From NCBI GenBank assembly GCA_951406725.2, contig OX597839.1:34782001-34846000 (forward strand): DNA of 64,000 bases. The letters are read 5' to 3'. This document shows positions 1 through 11,570 of the stretch, piece by piece. How positions within the stretch are numbered: position 1 is the first letter of the stretch; every line of letters starts with the position of its first letter. Source of the DNA: Octopus vulgaris (Eukaryota). The position numbers and the translations under genes were made by a program. Under the pieces are notes generated by a model. The model was given only the letters and a program-made list of their open reading frames with translations, was not told the DNA's origin and made no database searches.

Positions 1-671
1 ATATATATATATATTTGTGTGTGTGTGTGTGTGTATGGGAGAAGGAATTGTGTGTCTATGTGTGTGTGTGTATATATATATATTTGTGTGTATGGGAGAA
101 GGAATTGTGTGTCTATATATGTGTATATATATATATTTGTGTGTGTGTGTGTATGGGAGAAGGAATTGTGTCTATATGTGTGTGTGTGTATATATATATT
201 TGTGTGTGCGTTTACTTTTTATGTGTGTTTGTGTATACGTCTATGTATGTGTCAGTGTGTTTTCCTACAAACGTATTTTTGAGATTTTTGGGGGGTTTTT
301 TTCTTCTTTTTGGTTGTACTTTTTATTATTTATTCGTTACTATTAAAATATGTTGCGAACTTCTTTATAAGGGTGGGACATGAAAAATAAAAAGAGAAGC
401 TAGATTCATTGATACCGAGATACATACATAGATAGATGCGTGTGTGTGTGTGTGTGTATGTGTGTTTTATTGAATTGGAATTGGGGAGAAAGCGACAGAA
501 TGGTAAAGACACACGTCTGCTTACAAATATGTATGAGAAAAAAAATACGTAGGTAGGTAAGAATGTGTGTGTATAAAATAACAGTTTGACTCAGCACTGC
601 GCAAGTTTCATGAAGAAGTCACAACTTAGATAATTCTTACAAAATGTGTTCAATCCCTCTTTTTTTCTTTT

Positions 672-720
<49 letters not shown>

Positions 721-817
721 CGCGCACAGGTAAATACACAATTGAGCTTCTATATATATTTGTGTGTGTATGTATATGTATATATATATATATATATATT
801 TATTTTATAGAAGGAGC

Positions 818-862
818 TTCTACAGGACTAGAACTGTTTCATTCAAAAGAAATCATCAGGAA
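818..862 (-). ncRNA. Minimal type I hammerhead motif (stem I truncated by inversion)
   Basis: TTC-CTGATGA-tTTC tttt GAAt-GAAAC AG ttctagtc CT GTA-GAA. GUA cleavage triplet. Confidence 0.6.
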
Positions 863-966
863 CAGTTCTAGTCCTGTAGAAGCTCCTTCTATATAATAAA
901 TTAACTTACTCTGCTAGGTATTGAGTACCTTATTTACTGTGGTTAACCCCGACTGAACCCGGGACC

Positions 967-1008
<42 letters not shown>

Positions 1009-1089
1009 GGTCCCGGGTTCAGTCGGGGTTAACCACAGTAAATAAGGTACTCAATACATTGCAGAGTAAATATATATATATAAATATAT

Positions 1090-1745
1090 AAAATTAATTA
1101 AGGGTAGAAATTGATATTTATCAATTAAGACCAGTGGTCTAGCATATTAAAAAAGAATCCGAAGATTAAAATATTTATATATACCAATTAAGGACTGAAC
1201 ACGAAAAGTGGACAGTCAACATGCTAGATATAGACGTCAAATCGCCATTCACCACAAAAGATTATGTTCTCAGATCAAACTCAACACAAAACCATAGCAA
1301 TAAACAAGTGAAAAATATACGAAATAAAATAATTACCCATGTACTAATTAGTTTCAGCTGTTATTTTCCGCAAGGAAAACTGCAGCCATCATCAGGGTTT
1401 CAACGCGCCAAAGTAAAGGCATTTGAAAGATATATTCAAATGTAATAGGCTGAACTCCATGCACGCGATATTTCGGTATCGTGTTTGCATCTAGTCCAGC
1501 AAATTACATTTATAACGGACCATGCTGATGATGGCTGCAGTTTTCCTTGCGGAAAATAACAGCTGAAACTAATTAGTACATGGGTAATTATTTTATTTCG
1601 TATATTTTTCACTTGTTTATTGCTATGGTTTTGTGTTGAGTTTGATCTGAGAACATAATCTTTTGTGGTGAATGGCGATTTGACGTCTATATCTAGCATG
1701 TTGACTGTCCACTTTTCGTGTTCAGTCCTTAATTGGTATATATAA
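1090..1745. mobile_element. Penelope-like (pLTR) fragment inserted head-to-head in (TA)n; same family at 23845-24140 and 62180-62480
   Basis: Near-perfect inverted arms at about 1177-1395 and 1525-1742, a hammerhead, and flanking (TA)n. The ORF track shows the same peptide on both strands. Confidence 0.75.
1520..1583 (+). ncRNA. Type I hammerhead ribozyme, Penelope-like minimal type
   Basis: CCATG-CTGATGA-t-GGCTG...CAGCT-GAAAC TAATTA GTA-CATGG. Stem I is 5 bp, stem III is the palindrome ACTAATTAGT, and the site is GUA. Confidence 0.85.
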
Positions 1746-1850
1746 ATATATATATAATACACTTTTCTCTTAAGCCACATTTAATGTGGTTATAGTGTCA
1801 AGTTTTGGCTGCTATTTTCAGCGTGGTGGTATCTCTTAGATACCCTAAAT

Positions 1851-2035
1851 CAGTGCTTTTCAACCTTTTTGCTGGAGCGGAACCCCAAGGAAACATTCCA
1901 CTGGCTCGAGGAACCCCTGTGCAATAATTTAATAGTCTTATGCACACATATCTGCACAGGAGAATTAAAAATTGCTGCCGATTTTAGCATTTTTGTAACC
2001 CTAAGGTTCCGCGGAACCCTGGTTGAAAACTACTG
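1851..2035. mobile_element. hAT-type MITE
   Basis: TIRs CAGTGCTTTTCAACC / GGTTGAAAACTACTG and a perfect 8-bp TSD CCCTAAAT at 1843-1850 and 2036-2043. Confidence 0.92.
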
Positions 2036-2135
2036 CCCTAAATTATAATTTTAATAATGATTATTACCTTTGAATGTTTTTATTCCCATGCTGGCCACTT
2101 GCGATATTTAAATTAACGATCTTATCCTTACACAC

Positions 2136-2286
<151 letters not shown>

Positions 2287-2299
2287 TGCAGCACAGAAT

Positions 2300-2350
2300 T
2301 TTGTCAGTGAACAGGTCATGGTCTCAAAGCGACGAAAATATTTTGACAAA
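2300..2350 (+). ncRNA. Hammerhead-like motif with G3-C8 swapped core
   Basis: TTTGTCA-GTGAACA-g-GTC...GAC-GAAA ATAT TT-TGACAAA. Stem I is 7 bp and stem III is the palindrome AATATT. Confidence 0.65.
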
Positions 2351-2919
2351 TTAAATTTAAATGTTGAAGTGAATCTAACGGTTTTTGTGTGTTTCTTAAA
2401 TGGCTTATAAACACCTTCCACGCTGCAATTGTTTTCGTTCCAGCACACGATCTCAGATCAGGTCACTTGCTATGCAAGTACATCGCCGTAATATACATAC
2501 ATACGTCTCTGATGATTTGACTATAAGTCGTGATAATGTAACTCGCAATATATCATTAATAACCTCCTTGTGTTAATGTGATATGCGTAAGATGATGTAA
2601 CTAAATATCTTATAAACAACCTCTCGTGTTCAGCAGTTTTCTAAATACACTCTGTGTGACACTCGAGCCTGGGTTTAATATCAACGGATACCATTACAAC
2701 ACAGAAACGAAAATACGGATGGATTTCTTAATGCTGGTCATTTGTAGAGCAGCTTAAAGTTTAAATTACTGGACGGATTTCCTGTGAAACGTTACTCGGC
2801 AGACTGCGTAACTCAGAGATCAGGGAGTCTTTCTTTTCGGTGTCAGCCACTCCTATGTTTTCAGCATTTAGAGGTCACAATTCCGGTATTATGCGGGAAA
2901 GAATCACAATTCCGATATT

Positions 2920-3350
2920 ATGCTTCCTGAGATTCGCCAACACTACACCTGATCTTCTCTTCCCCTCCATACACACGCTGAAGCATGGAACAAACTGCTG
3001 GCATCAGTTGTTAGTTGTCGGAGCACTGCATCCTTCAAAACTTCCATGCTTCCTGAGATTCGCCAACACTACACCTGATCTTCTCTTCCCCTCCATACAC
3101 ACGTTGAAGCATGGAACAGACTGCTGGCATCAGTTGTTAGTTGTCGGAGCAACCTTCAAAACTTCCATGCTTCCTGAGATTCGCCAACACTACACCTGAT
3201 CTTCTCCCCTCCATACACACACACAAGCATCTATCTGACTCATACACTGTTCACTTCCCAGACATTTGTACATTACTACATATGCTTTTTACACACTTTT
3301 GACAAGTTGTGGTGCACCTGAGCACTGTATACAATAATTTCATTATTATT
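2920..3350 (+). mobile_element. 3' end of a CR1/L2-like LINE with an internal ~120-bp tandem triplication
   Basis: Matches 13680-13925. Unit gcttcctgagattcgccaacactacacctgatc occurs three times and the tail is (ATT)n. Confidence 0.75.
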
Positions 3351-3884
3351 TAAAACAGATTTGTCTAGCTGAGCCAACGAATAGGAGACCTAGGGGTAAA
3401 CCAAGAATGTGATGGTTGGATGATATCCATAGTCCTAGGGAATCTCTTCAGGCCAAACTGTTACTTCTCCACATTGAGAGGTCACAGTTCTGGTATTAGA
3501 ATGTGAAAGGAAAAAAAAATTATTGGAAGAAAGATTCTTGAAGCTGAGCCGAACCAACAGGAGACCCAGGGCCGCAGTCAAATGACTGAAACAAGAAAAA
3601 GAATAAAAGAATGAGATGGGTTTGGGTAAGGTCCGCAGCTGGTGACTGGTGGAAAATATGGTGTTGTTTATAAATACACTGAAATATGGTTTGTTCGTGT
3701 GTGAGAAAAAATGGGTGGGGGGAGGAGGTAAGAGATAGAGGAAGGTAGTCAATAAGAATGGTTTCAAGGCCAATAATTTTTGAGGGGTGGGGCACGTTGG
3801 TTGCACTGGGCCCTGGTCTTCAACTGGTATTTATTTTATTGACATTCGACCACCATAAGGTTGAAAGGTAAAAGTTGATCTTGT

Positions 3885-4187
3885 TTGTTTGTTTGTTTCT
3901 TCTCGAGCCATGCCTGGCTCATAAGGGCCGGTTTCCTTGGCGTATAGGTTCCCCTCCTGGACGGGACGCCAGTCCGTAGTAGGTGAGCTGCAAGATGCAG
4001 GAAGAAAGAGTGAGAGAGAAAATTATGGTGAAAGAGTCAGCAGAAGTTTCGCCATTACCTTCTGCCGGAGTCGCGTTGAGCTTAGGTGTTTTTGCTCATA
4101 AACACACATATCGCCCGGTCTGAGATTCGAACCCACGATCCCTCAACTGCGAGTCCGCTGCTCTTACCACTAGGCCATGTGCCTCCA
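3885..4187 (-). mobile_element. tRNA-derived SINE
   Basis: Minus-strand head with A box TGGCCTAGTGG and B box GGTTCGAATC, ending in (AAAC)n. Related head at 20150-20460. Confidence 0.75.
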
Positions 4188-4427
4188 AAAGTTGATCTTG
4201 GTGGAATATGAATGCAAGAACATAAAGAGCTGGAAGCAATGGTGCTAACCATTTTTGGAAAGAACGAATAATAACACAGTGGTAAGAAGATTTTTGTCTT
4301 TGGGTAAGAACCGTTAGTTCCTATTTGCTGATCCTTAGAAAGTATGGAAAAGGGTTAATATTTCTTTCAAACTTTGCTTTTGTTACAATTATTCAAACCT
4401 TAAAGCATGCATGGGCCACATGCAGCT

Positions 4428-4856
4428 CTTGACGAGTTTCTAGGTTACTAGGCCCTTGACGAGTTTCTAGGTTACTAGGCCCTTGACGAGTTTCTAGGTT
4501 ACTAGGCCCTTGACGAGTTCCTAGGTTACTAGGCCCTTGACGAGTTTCTAGGTTACTAGGCCCTTGACGAGTTTCTAGGTTACTAGGCCCTTGACGAGTT
4601 TCTAGGTTACTAGGCCCTTGACGAGTTTCTAGGTTACTAGGCCCTTGACGAGTTTCTAGGTTACTAGGCCCTTGACGAGTTTCTTGGTTACTAGGCCCTT
4701 GACGAGTTTCTAGGTTACTAGGCCCTTGACGAGTTTCTTGGTTACTAGGCCCTTGACGAGTTTCTAGGTTACTAGGCCCTTGACGAGTTTCTAGGTTACT
4801 AGGCCCTTGACGAGTTTCTAGGTTACTAGGCCCTTGACGAGTTTCTAGGTTACTAG
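4428..4856. repeat. 27-bp minisatellite, about 16 copies
   Basis: Unit GGCCCTTGACGAGTTTCTAGGTTACTA repeated head-to-tail without spacers. Confidence 0.97.
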
Positions 4857-5080
4857 TTTAATTTCAACAGGGAAAATTGATTTGTAAAATGAGAAAATCT
4901 TAAGATTAACTCAGTCATGGAACGATTTAAAACTCGTACTGCGAGGTCAGTATCAAAACATTGACATCCAAGTTGTAGCGATTTCCTTTAATTTCTAGAG
5001 AGAAGCAAATGGGAAATAACGCTTAATGACCAAAGACAAACACAAAAAAAAACGTTATACAGTGTTATAAAAGTTATATA

Positions 5081-5239
5081 GGCGCAGGAGTGGCTGTGTG
5101 GTAAGTAGCTTGCTTACCAACCACATGGTTCCGGGTTCAGTCCCACTGCATGGCATTTGGGCAAGTGTCTTCTGCTATAGCCCCGGGCCGACCAATGCTT
5201 TGTGAGTGGATTTGGTAGACGGAAACTGAAAGAAGCCCG

Positions 5240-5275
<36 letters not shown>

Positions 5276-5590
5276 GCTTTGTGATTGAATTCGGTAGGTG
5301 GAAGTTACTGCCGTGTGTGTATGTGTACGTATAGCTGCTCAGTGCCTCTCCGAAAGAGAGAGAGGGATATATATGTGTGTCTGTGTCTGTGTTTGTCCCC
5401 CTAGCATTGCTTGACAACCGATGCTGGTGTGTTTATGTCCCCGTCATTTAGCGGTTCGGCAAAAAGAGACCGATAGAATAAGTACTCGGCTTACAAAGAA
5501 TAAGTCCCGGGGTCGATAGTCTCGACTAAAAAAGGCGGTGCTCCAGCATGGCCACAGTCAAATGACTGAAACAAGTAAAAGAGTAAAAGA
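5081..5590 (+). mobile_element. Abundant tRNA-derived SINE family A (other copies at about 22166-22548, 32745-33146, 41759-42102 minus, 44588-44975, 54605-55160 minus, 56250-56662, 59263-60041 tandem pair, 61745-62161)
   Basis: Shared head GGCGCAGGAGTGGCTGTGTGGTAAG...GGTTCAGTCCC, internal (TA)n/(TG)n, tail GAAACAAGTAAAAGAGTAAA. Confidence 0.92.
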
Positions 5591-5698
5591 GAGAGAGAGA
5601 GAGAGTGTAAGGCAAAAAAAAAAACCCCCCAAAAAACAACAAAACAAGAATTGGTAATTTGAAGTTCTTTTTAGTGAATGTCGATCATGGCAGCACGT

Positions 5699-5735
<37 letters not shown>

Positions 5736-6374
5736 GCAACAGATATTTCAAACGTTTTTGATGGAATGAAGAAGGCAGAGCAGTGATGGTGATGATGATG
5801 ATGATGATGATGATGGTGGTGACAAAGCTTATAGAAAATATAAACGGATTTCAAGGGAGATGACGGTTCTATTGGTTGAGTATAATTTGTTGTGTTGGGT
5901 GTCAGGGATTTGTTTTCAACAATGATGGGTACAGAGAAATTTTTCTTTTTTTTTTGCTACACGAAGGGGAATGAAGTAAAAAAAAAAAAAAAAAAAACCT
6001 TACACTTTATTTTCGTTACTGGAAATGGAAAAAAACCCCCAAAAAACAAACAAAAATGGAAATCTAAAACAAGGCAAGAACGGTCATTTTCTTTTGTTTT
6101 TTTGTCTTTTGTTAAAAAAAAAGAAAAAAAAAGACCCCAAAACAGATTGGTAATGAAATATTGAAACATTAATTTAATTTGCAACAATGATGGATACCAT
6201 GAAGCAAATGGGGAACAATCCAGGAATTCCATACTAAAGGTCACCGTTAAAGATTTTCATATTCTTTGATTGGTAAGTTAAAGAATTAGGTTTGACAGGC
6301 TCATAATTCTAAAACATAGAGTTTGTTTATGTTTTTGGTTTGCGGGATTCTTGATATGAACTCATGTGTTGAAA

Positions 6375-6940
6375 TATTCTTTACTACTCTAGGCACAAGG
6401 CCCGAAATTTTTGGGGAGGGGTGGGCCAATCGGTTAGATCGACCTCAGTACATAACTAGTACTTAATTTATTGACCCCGAAAAGATTAAAGGCAAAAACG
6501 ACCTCGGAGGAATTTGAACTCAGAATGTAAAGACAGATGAAATACCTATTTCTTTACTACCCACAAGGGGCTAAACAAACGGATTAAGTCGATTATATCA
6601 ACCCCAGTGTGTAACTGGTACTTAATTTATCAAGGATGAAAGGCAAAGTCGACCTTGGTGCAATTTGAACTCAGAATGTAACAGCAGGTGAAATACCGCT
6701 GAGCATTTCGTCCAGCGTGCTAACGTTTCTGCCAGCTTGCTGCCTTGTCCCCAAGTAAAATAATCTTTTCTACTCTAGGCACAAAACCTGAAATTTTGGG
6801 GAAAGGGGCCAGTTGATCGACCCTGAAAAGATGAAAGGCAAAATCGACCTTGGCAGAATTTGAACTCCAGAACATGAAGACATGAAATACCGCAAAGTAT
6901 CGCGCCTGGTGAGCTTACGTTTCTGCCAGCTCACCACCTT
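6375..6940 (-). mobile_element. Cluster of SINE family B (Nin/Deu-like core); also about 14245-14475, 18445-19340, 31290-31705, 35390-35605, 38190-38630
   Basis: Minus-strand head GGCGGCGAGCTGGCAGAAACGTTAGC...GAGTTCAAATTCC and core GACTTTGCCTTTCATCCTTTCGGGGTCGATAAA. Confidence 0.85.
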
Positions 6941-6974
6941 AAGGGCAAAGCTGAATATTAAAGTACACAAAAGG

Positions 6975-7980
6975 TTGTGAATCGGAAGAGGGGCTTAGAA
7001 GATGCAGGTTGCTCTGGGAGACCTTCAAAGTTGAATGATGAACGTTTGAAGGTAAATGTTGAACCAGCCCCAAACGCATGGTTAGGGAGTTTGTAAGTAA
7101 AATGTTGGAAGTTGCCAAAAGTACCATTCATGAACAGGTAAGAAAACTTGGGTACATTTCCCCACACTGATGTGTGAATCCCTCACAAGGTGTCATTGAA
7201 AAAAAAATGCATGGACCAGTTTGTCATGTGGTGGTGATACAGAAAAGACCAGCATGGGCCCTGTGCAAGGACACGCTCTTAAAATGCAATGAAACTAAAC
7301 CATTTTTGAAGTGATTAGTGGCTTGAGATGAGAAATGGTATATTTACAAAAATATGGTGTGGAAACAATTGAAGGAATTTGGGTGAGAATGGAGCGAAAC
7401 AGCTACCAAAGCGAAATAGTTGTACAAAAAACAGTTATGCTTTTATCTCTGGTGGGATTTCAAAGGCATTATTTGTTACGATCTCCTCCTACACAATCAG
7501 ATTATCAATTCTGATGTGTACTGACACCAGCTGAAGAAATTCAATAATGCACCAGACGAGGCCAGGACTGGCTTGTGTTCCAACATGACAACACCACACC
7601 ATGTCTGTCTTTGATTGCCAGCACAAAGTTGCAGGAGGAACCAGAGTGGGAACTTTTATTAACTGTATCCCCCACATCCTCCCCGACATTACACCATCAC
7701 TTTTCTCATTTCTTTAAGTCCCTGCAAAATTCCTTGAAAAAATTCCGGAAATCAGTTAAAGATTTAGATGCAATCAAAAACCCTGTGGACAACACTGTCA
7801 TCCTCCAAGACAGCCCAGTTCTATGTGGATGGAATTTTAAAAGTTACCAAACAGATGGACTGAAGTCGTTAACAAAAATGGAGGGTTATTTTGATGAATA
7901 AAAATTACTGTAACACAAATGTATTTGTTTTATTTCCATTCAGGAGATAAAAATACTCAGAATTTTCCTGATAACTCAAC
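6975..7980 (+). pseudogene. Degenerate mariner transposase
   Basis: Broken frames give LEDAGCSGRP, FLK*LVA*DEKW, WWDFKGIICYDLL, FQHDNTTP and HFFKSLQN, matching mariner motifs in order, with stops and frameshifts. Confidence 0.9.
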
Positions 7981-8249
7981 AGATTGATGATATCCACAAA
8001 CTTATTATTATTATTATTAACTTAAGAGGTGCAAGGACCCTCTAGTAAGATTGCTCAAAGCGAGTATTGTACCCCATGCAGTAAACCCTGGAGCCTTGAT
8101 TTGAGGGATTAAACACAACATGGAAACATGGGTATGCATATGATTTTGCGGTAATTCAGATTTTGAAAAACTTTTGATAGGTTCCTTTTGCTGGCTTTAA
8201 GTTCCAGAGAAAAATATCAAGTGTATGAATATGTGTATATATATGTATA

Positions 8250-8542
8250 TCTTTATATATAAAACTGAAGTTGTGTGTATGTCTGTCTACTCCGATTTAG
8301 ATTCCTAACTACTCCCACATTTTGCGGTGCAGTTTAACCAAAAGCGGGTATCTTATAGTCGTGATTCATATCGAGCCCTTCTGGGTATTAGCGCGCGTCT
8401 ACGATGAGTCTACAATTTTAAAAAAATTTACCATCATTTTTTCCGCATTTTTAATGCATTTTTTGCTCAGTTTATATAAGGGAAGTAACTCTCTAAAATG
8501 CTTATATAGTTATTTCCCTTACAAACCCGAGCGATACTGCTA

Positions 8543-8543
<1 letters not shown>
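8250..8543 (+). mobile_element. Non-autonomous Helitron-like element
   Basis: Starts TC(TTTATATATAAAA), ends CTAG, lies between A and T with no TSD. The subterminal hairpin appears partly deleted. Confidence 0.65.
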
Positions 8544-8583
<40 letters not shown>

Positions 8584-9355
8584 CATATGAAAGGGAAATG
8601 GAAATTAATTAAAATTTCCATTTCCAGTGGTCTAACGTGTAAAAATTTAGTCCGAAAGACTATGTATTAGTCATAAGATACTGTGTATATTTTAGCACAG
8701 AAGGAATCCACTCGCGGGATTCAACATGCTAGAAAGAACAGCTAGGTTCCATAACCACAAAATTGCTAAACTAAAATCAGAAACCAATTGGTCCAGGAAA
8801 CTAGATGGTAAAATGTTTTTATTTTTTCATTTTGTTCCTGTCGAATTTAATCCTTAATTTTTGTGGTTATAGAACCTAGCTGTTCTTTCTAGCGTGTTGA
8901 ATCCCACAAGTGGATTCCTCATGTGATTAAATGTACACTGTATTTTATGACTAATATATATATATATATCATTGGATTATATATCTGAAAAAGAAGCATA
9001 CTCTAAAGGTTTGAGCAGTAATGTCATTTGTATGAAGTTAAATGAATATCAAGTCATAAAGCAACCAATGGTTTCACATGATGAGTCATCTATAAAGCCG
9101 AGCGCTTTATGAATGCGAAACCATTGGCCACTGTATGACCGAATATATATTTAACAGTAAATATATATATATATATACCGGAGTAAACACATAAATGTGA
9201 GACAAGGTGGAAAAAAGAGTACTCAAATACCAGTGGTAGAGTAATATGCTTTAATTAAAAGCAGCAGAAAATTCAACAAAACCTGTTACTCTGAGTTTCA
9301 TGTTCCTGTTCGTCGGACAGTTTTTGCTAGAATCTGTCCGACGAGCGGGAAAAAA

Positions 9356-9393
9356 CTGTCCGACGAACGGGAACGTGAAACTCAGAGTAACAG
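9356..9393 (+). ncRNA. Hammerhead motif, U4C core variant (decayed inverted copy at 9283-9320)
   Basis: CTGT-CCGACGA-ACG ggaa CGT-GAAAC TCAGA GTA-ACAG. Confidence 0.75.
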
Positions 9394-10360
9394 GTTTTGT
9401 TGAATTTTCTGCTGCTTTTAAATAAAGTGTATATATATATATATATGTATGTATGTGTACAGATAGATAGATAGATAGATGAAACACAGATACACATACA
9501 TAGATATAGAGAGACAGACATAAATATAATTTATAAATTCGTGAATACTTGTGTGTGTGTGTGTGTGTGTACAAACATACATACACACACAAATCACATT
9601 AGGCGTTGTAAGCACTTAGGATAGCAAAAAAAAGGTAATATATATATATATATATATACACATATATAAAATATACATTTGAGAAATCAATGAGATATTT
9701 ATAGAGATAATACTTTTTGGCTTATAACAGTAGAATATTTTACAAGCTAATTAGGGAGAGAGAAGAAAGTGAGAGACAGCAGGTGCATTTTGATGTAACA
9801 GGTAAGGCCTCCACCTGGGATGACTGGGAGTTTATTTAAAAGCTATGGTGCTCATGTCTAACACTATGCCAACATCACTTCAGCTTGAAGCTAAGATTGT
9901 GAAAGTCTAGAAATGTTGATGATGATGATGGCTTTTAAACACTTTACTGTTCTGAATAAATGGTAAGGAATGAAAATATGAAAGAGAATCCTGGAAGATG
10001 GGCACATTTTGAATATAGCAAGGCTGAAAGGCAAGCTGCTCCACACACACACACACACACACATATATACACACACATACATGTATATACATATATACAT
10101 ACACATACATGTATATATGTATACACACTATACACACACACATATATACACACATACATGTATATATGTATACATACTATACACACACACATATACATAC
10201 ATGTATACATACTACACACACACACACACACACATATATACACACATACATGTATATACAAATACACACACACATACATGTATATACATATATACATACA
10301 CATATATACATACTATACACACACATATATATATACACACATATGTATGTGTATATATAT

Positions 10361-10517
10361 TAGGGCTGTGGAGTTGGAAACGATTAAGGGGAGGCAGGAA
10401 TTGGAGTCAGTAAAACAGACCACAATCACTTAATTACTTAGAGGAGTCAGAGTCAAAGGTGCCAATTGTAGAGGAGTCGGAGTTGGAGTCGAAGATTTTT
10501 TGTTTCGACTCAGCCCT
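10361..10517. mobile_element. hAT-like MITE
   Basis: Ends (T)AGGGCTG / CAGCCCTG with internal GGAGTC repeats. Confidence 0.6.
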
Positions 10518-10630
10518 GATATATATGTATATATATACACACACACACACTGACAAACATACATATACATGTATGCATGCACGCAGATACATCAATATAT
10601 ATCACACACACACACCTCTATTTATCAAGT

Positions 10631-10636
10631 TTTATT
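10631..10636 (-). promoter_or_regulatory. Candidate polyadenylation signal for the phosphatase gene
   Basis: AATAAA on the minus strand about 810 nt after the stop, followed by TG-rich sequence that could act as the GU-rich downstream element. Confidence 0.45.
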
Positions 10637-10959
10637 TTAGAGAAAAATTTGCTATCTTTCATAGAAAAAAATATTTGCCAATATTTTGTACAAACTTTTT
10701 AAAATATGATTTTGCTTTCTGTGAATGAAGAACTTAGTGGCAGGAGTGTGGCATGGATGGAGAGGCAGACATGTCTGTTTGGAATAGATATAAGGAGACA
10801 GGGACATACAATGCTGGCCGGTGACTTGGGTGAAGTCTGTACACCCTACCGTGTTGGTGTTGGATGTTGATGGGGACGCAGAGAAATACATCTGGGGCTA
10901 TTTTCTCTGTTTAGCTGCTCAAGACATATTTGGTGTTGAGAGGGTCCAGATTGTTTGGG

Positions 10960-11330
10960 GTTTAAAGGGTTGGAAAGACTAGGAACTGAACTCATGCTGG
11001 TTAGGTTTATAATGTTGGTGAGGCTGGAAATGGTGAGAATTGAACTGGTGTTGAGTAGGTTTAGAATGTTGGTGAGTATGAGAGGCTGGAAATGGTGGGA
11101 ATTGAATTCATGTTGGACAGGTTTGGGGTTAGGGTATGAAATGTTGGAGACAGTGGGAATTGAACTGGTGTTGAGTGGGTTTAGAATGTAGGGGTATGAG
11201 AGGCTAGAAATGGTAGGGATTGAACTCATGTTGGGTAGGTTTATAATGTTGGTGGGTATGAGATATTGGAGATGATGGGAATTGAACTCGTGTTGTGTAG
11301 GTTCAGAATGTAGGGGCTATGAGAGGCTGG
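10960..11330. repeat. Degenerate ~60-bp tandem repeat (about 6 copies) in the 3' UTR
   Basis: Recurring unit like tatgagaggctggaaatggtgggaattgaactcatgttgagtaggtttagaatgt at roughly 60-nt spacing. Confidence 0.85.
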
Positions 11331-11444
11331 ACTGGGGGTGGGGATTGAACTGGTGACGCTGTCGGAGAGCAGGCAAGAGGTTAGGGGTCAGGTAGCTGCA
11401 GGGAGCATTAAAACTAGTTGTCACTGAGCTGGAAGGGTCAACGC

Positions 11445-11570
11445 TCAACTGGTGTCCAGTCGAATTAGTCTTAATTTGGAATTATCTGCCAAGACGCAGG
11501 CGGCTTCATTGGAGCCACCACAATATCTTGATGAAGAAAACACGGTCAACAGCTTCCCCTCCTGTTGCAC
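11445..11570 (-). CDS. Exon 19, last coding exon
   Basis: [41 protein letters not shown]. 126 nt including TGA. Confidence 0.95.
   Translation of the reverse strand: MQQEGKLLTVFSSSRYCGGSNEAACVLADNSKLRLIRLDTS

Noticed and set aside
2505-2800. CTGATGA at about 2508 as another hammerhead
   Set aside because: No matching stem II/GAAA/stem I closure could be found by eye.
4428-4856. CRISPR-like array
   Set aside because: Units are contiguous with no unique spacers, there are no cas genes, and the context is eukaryotic.
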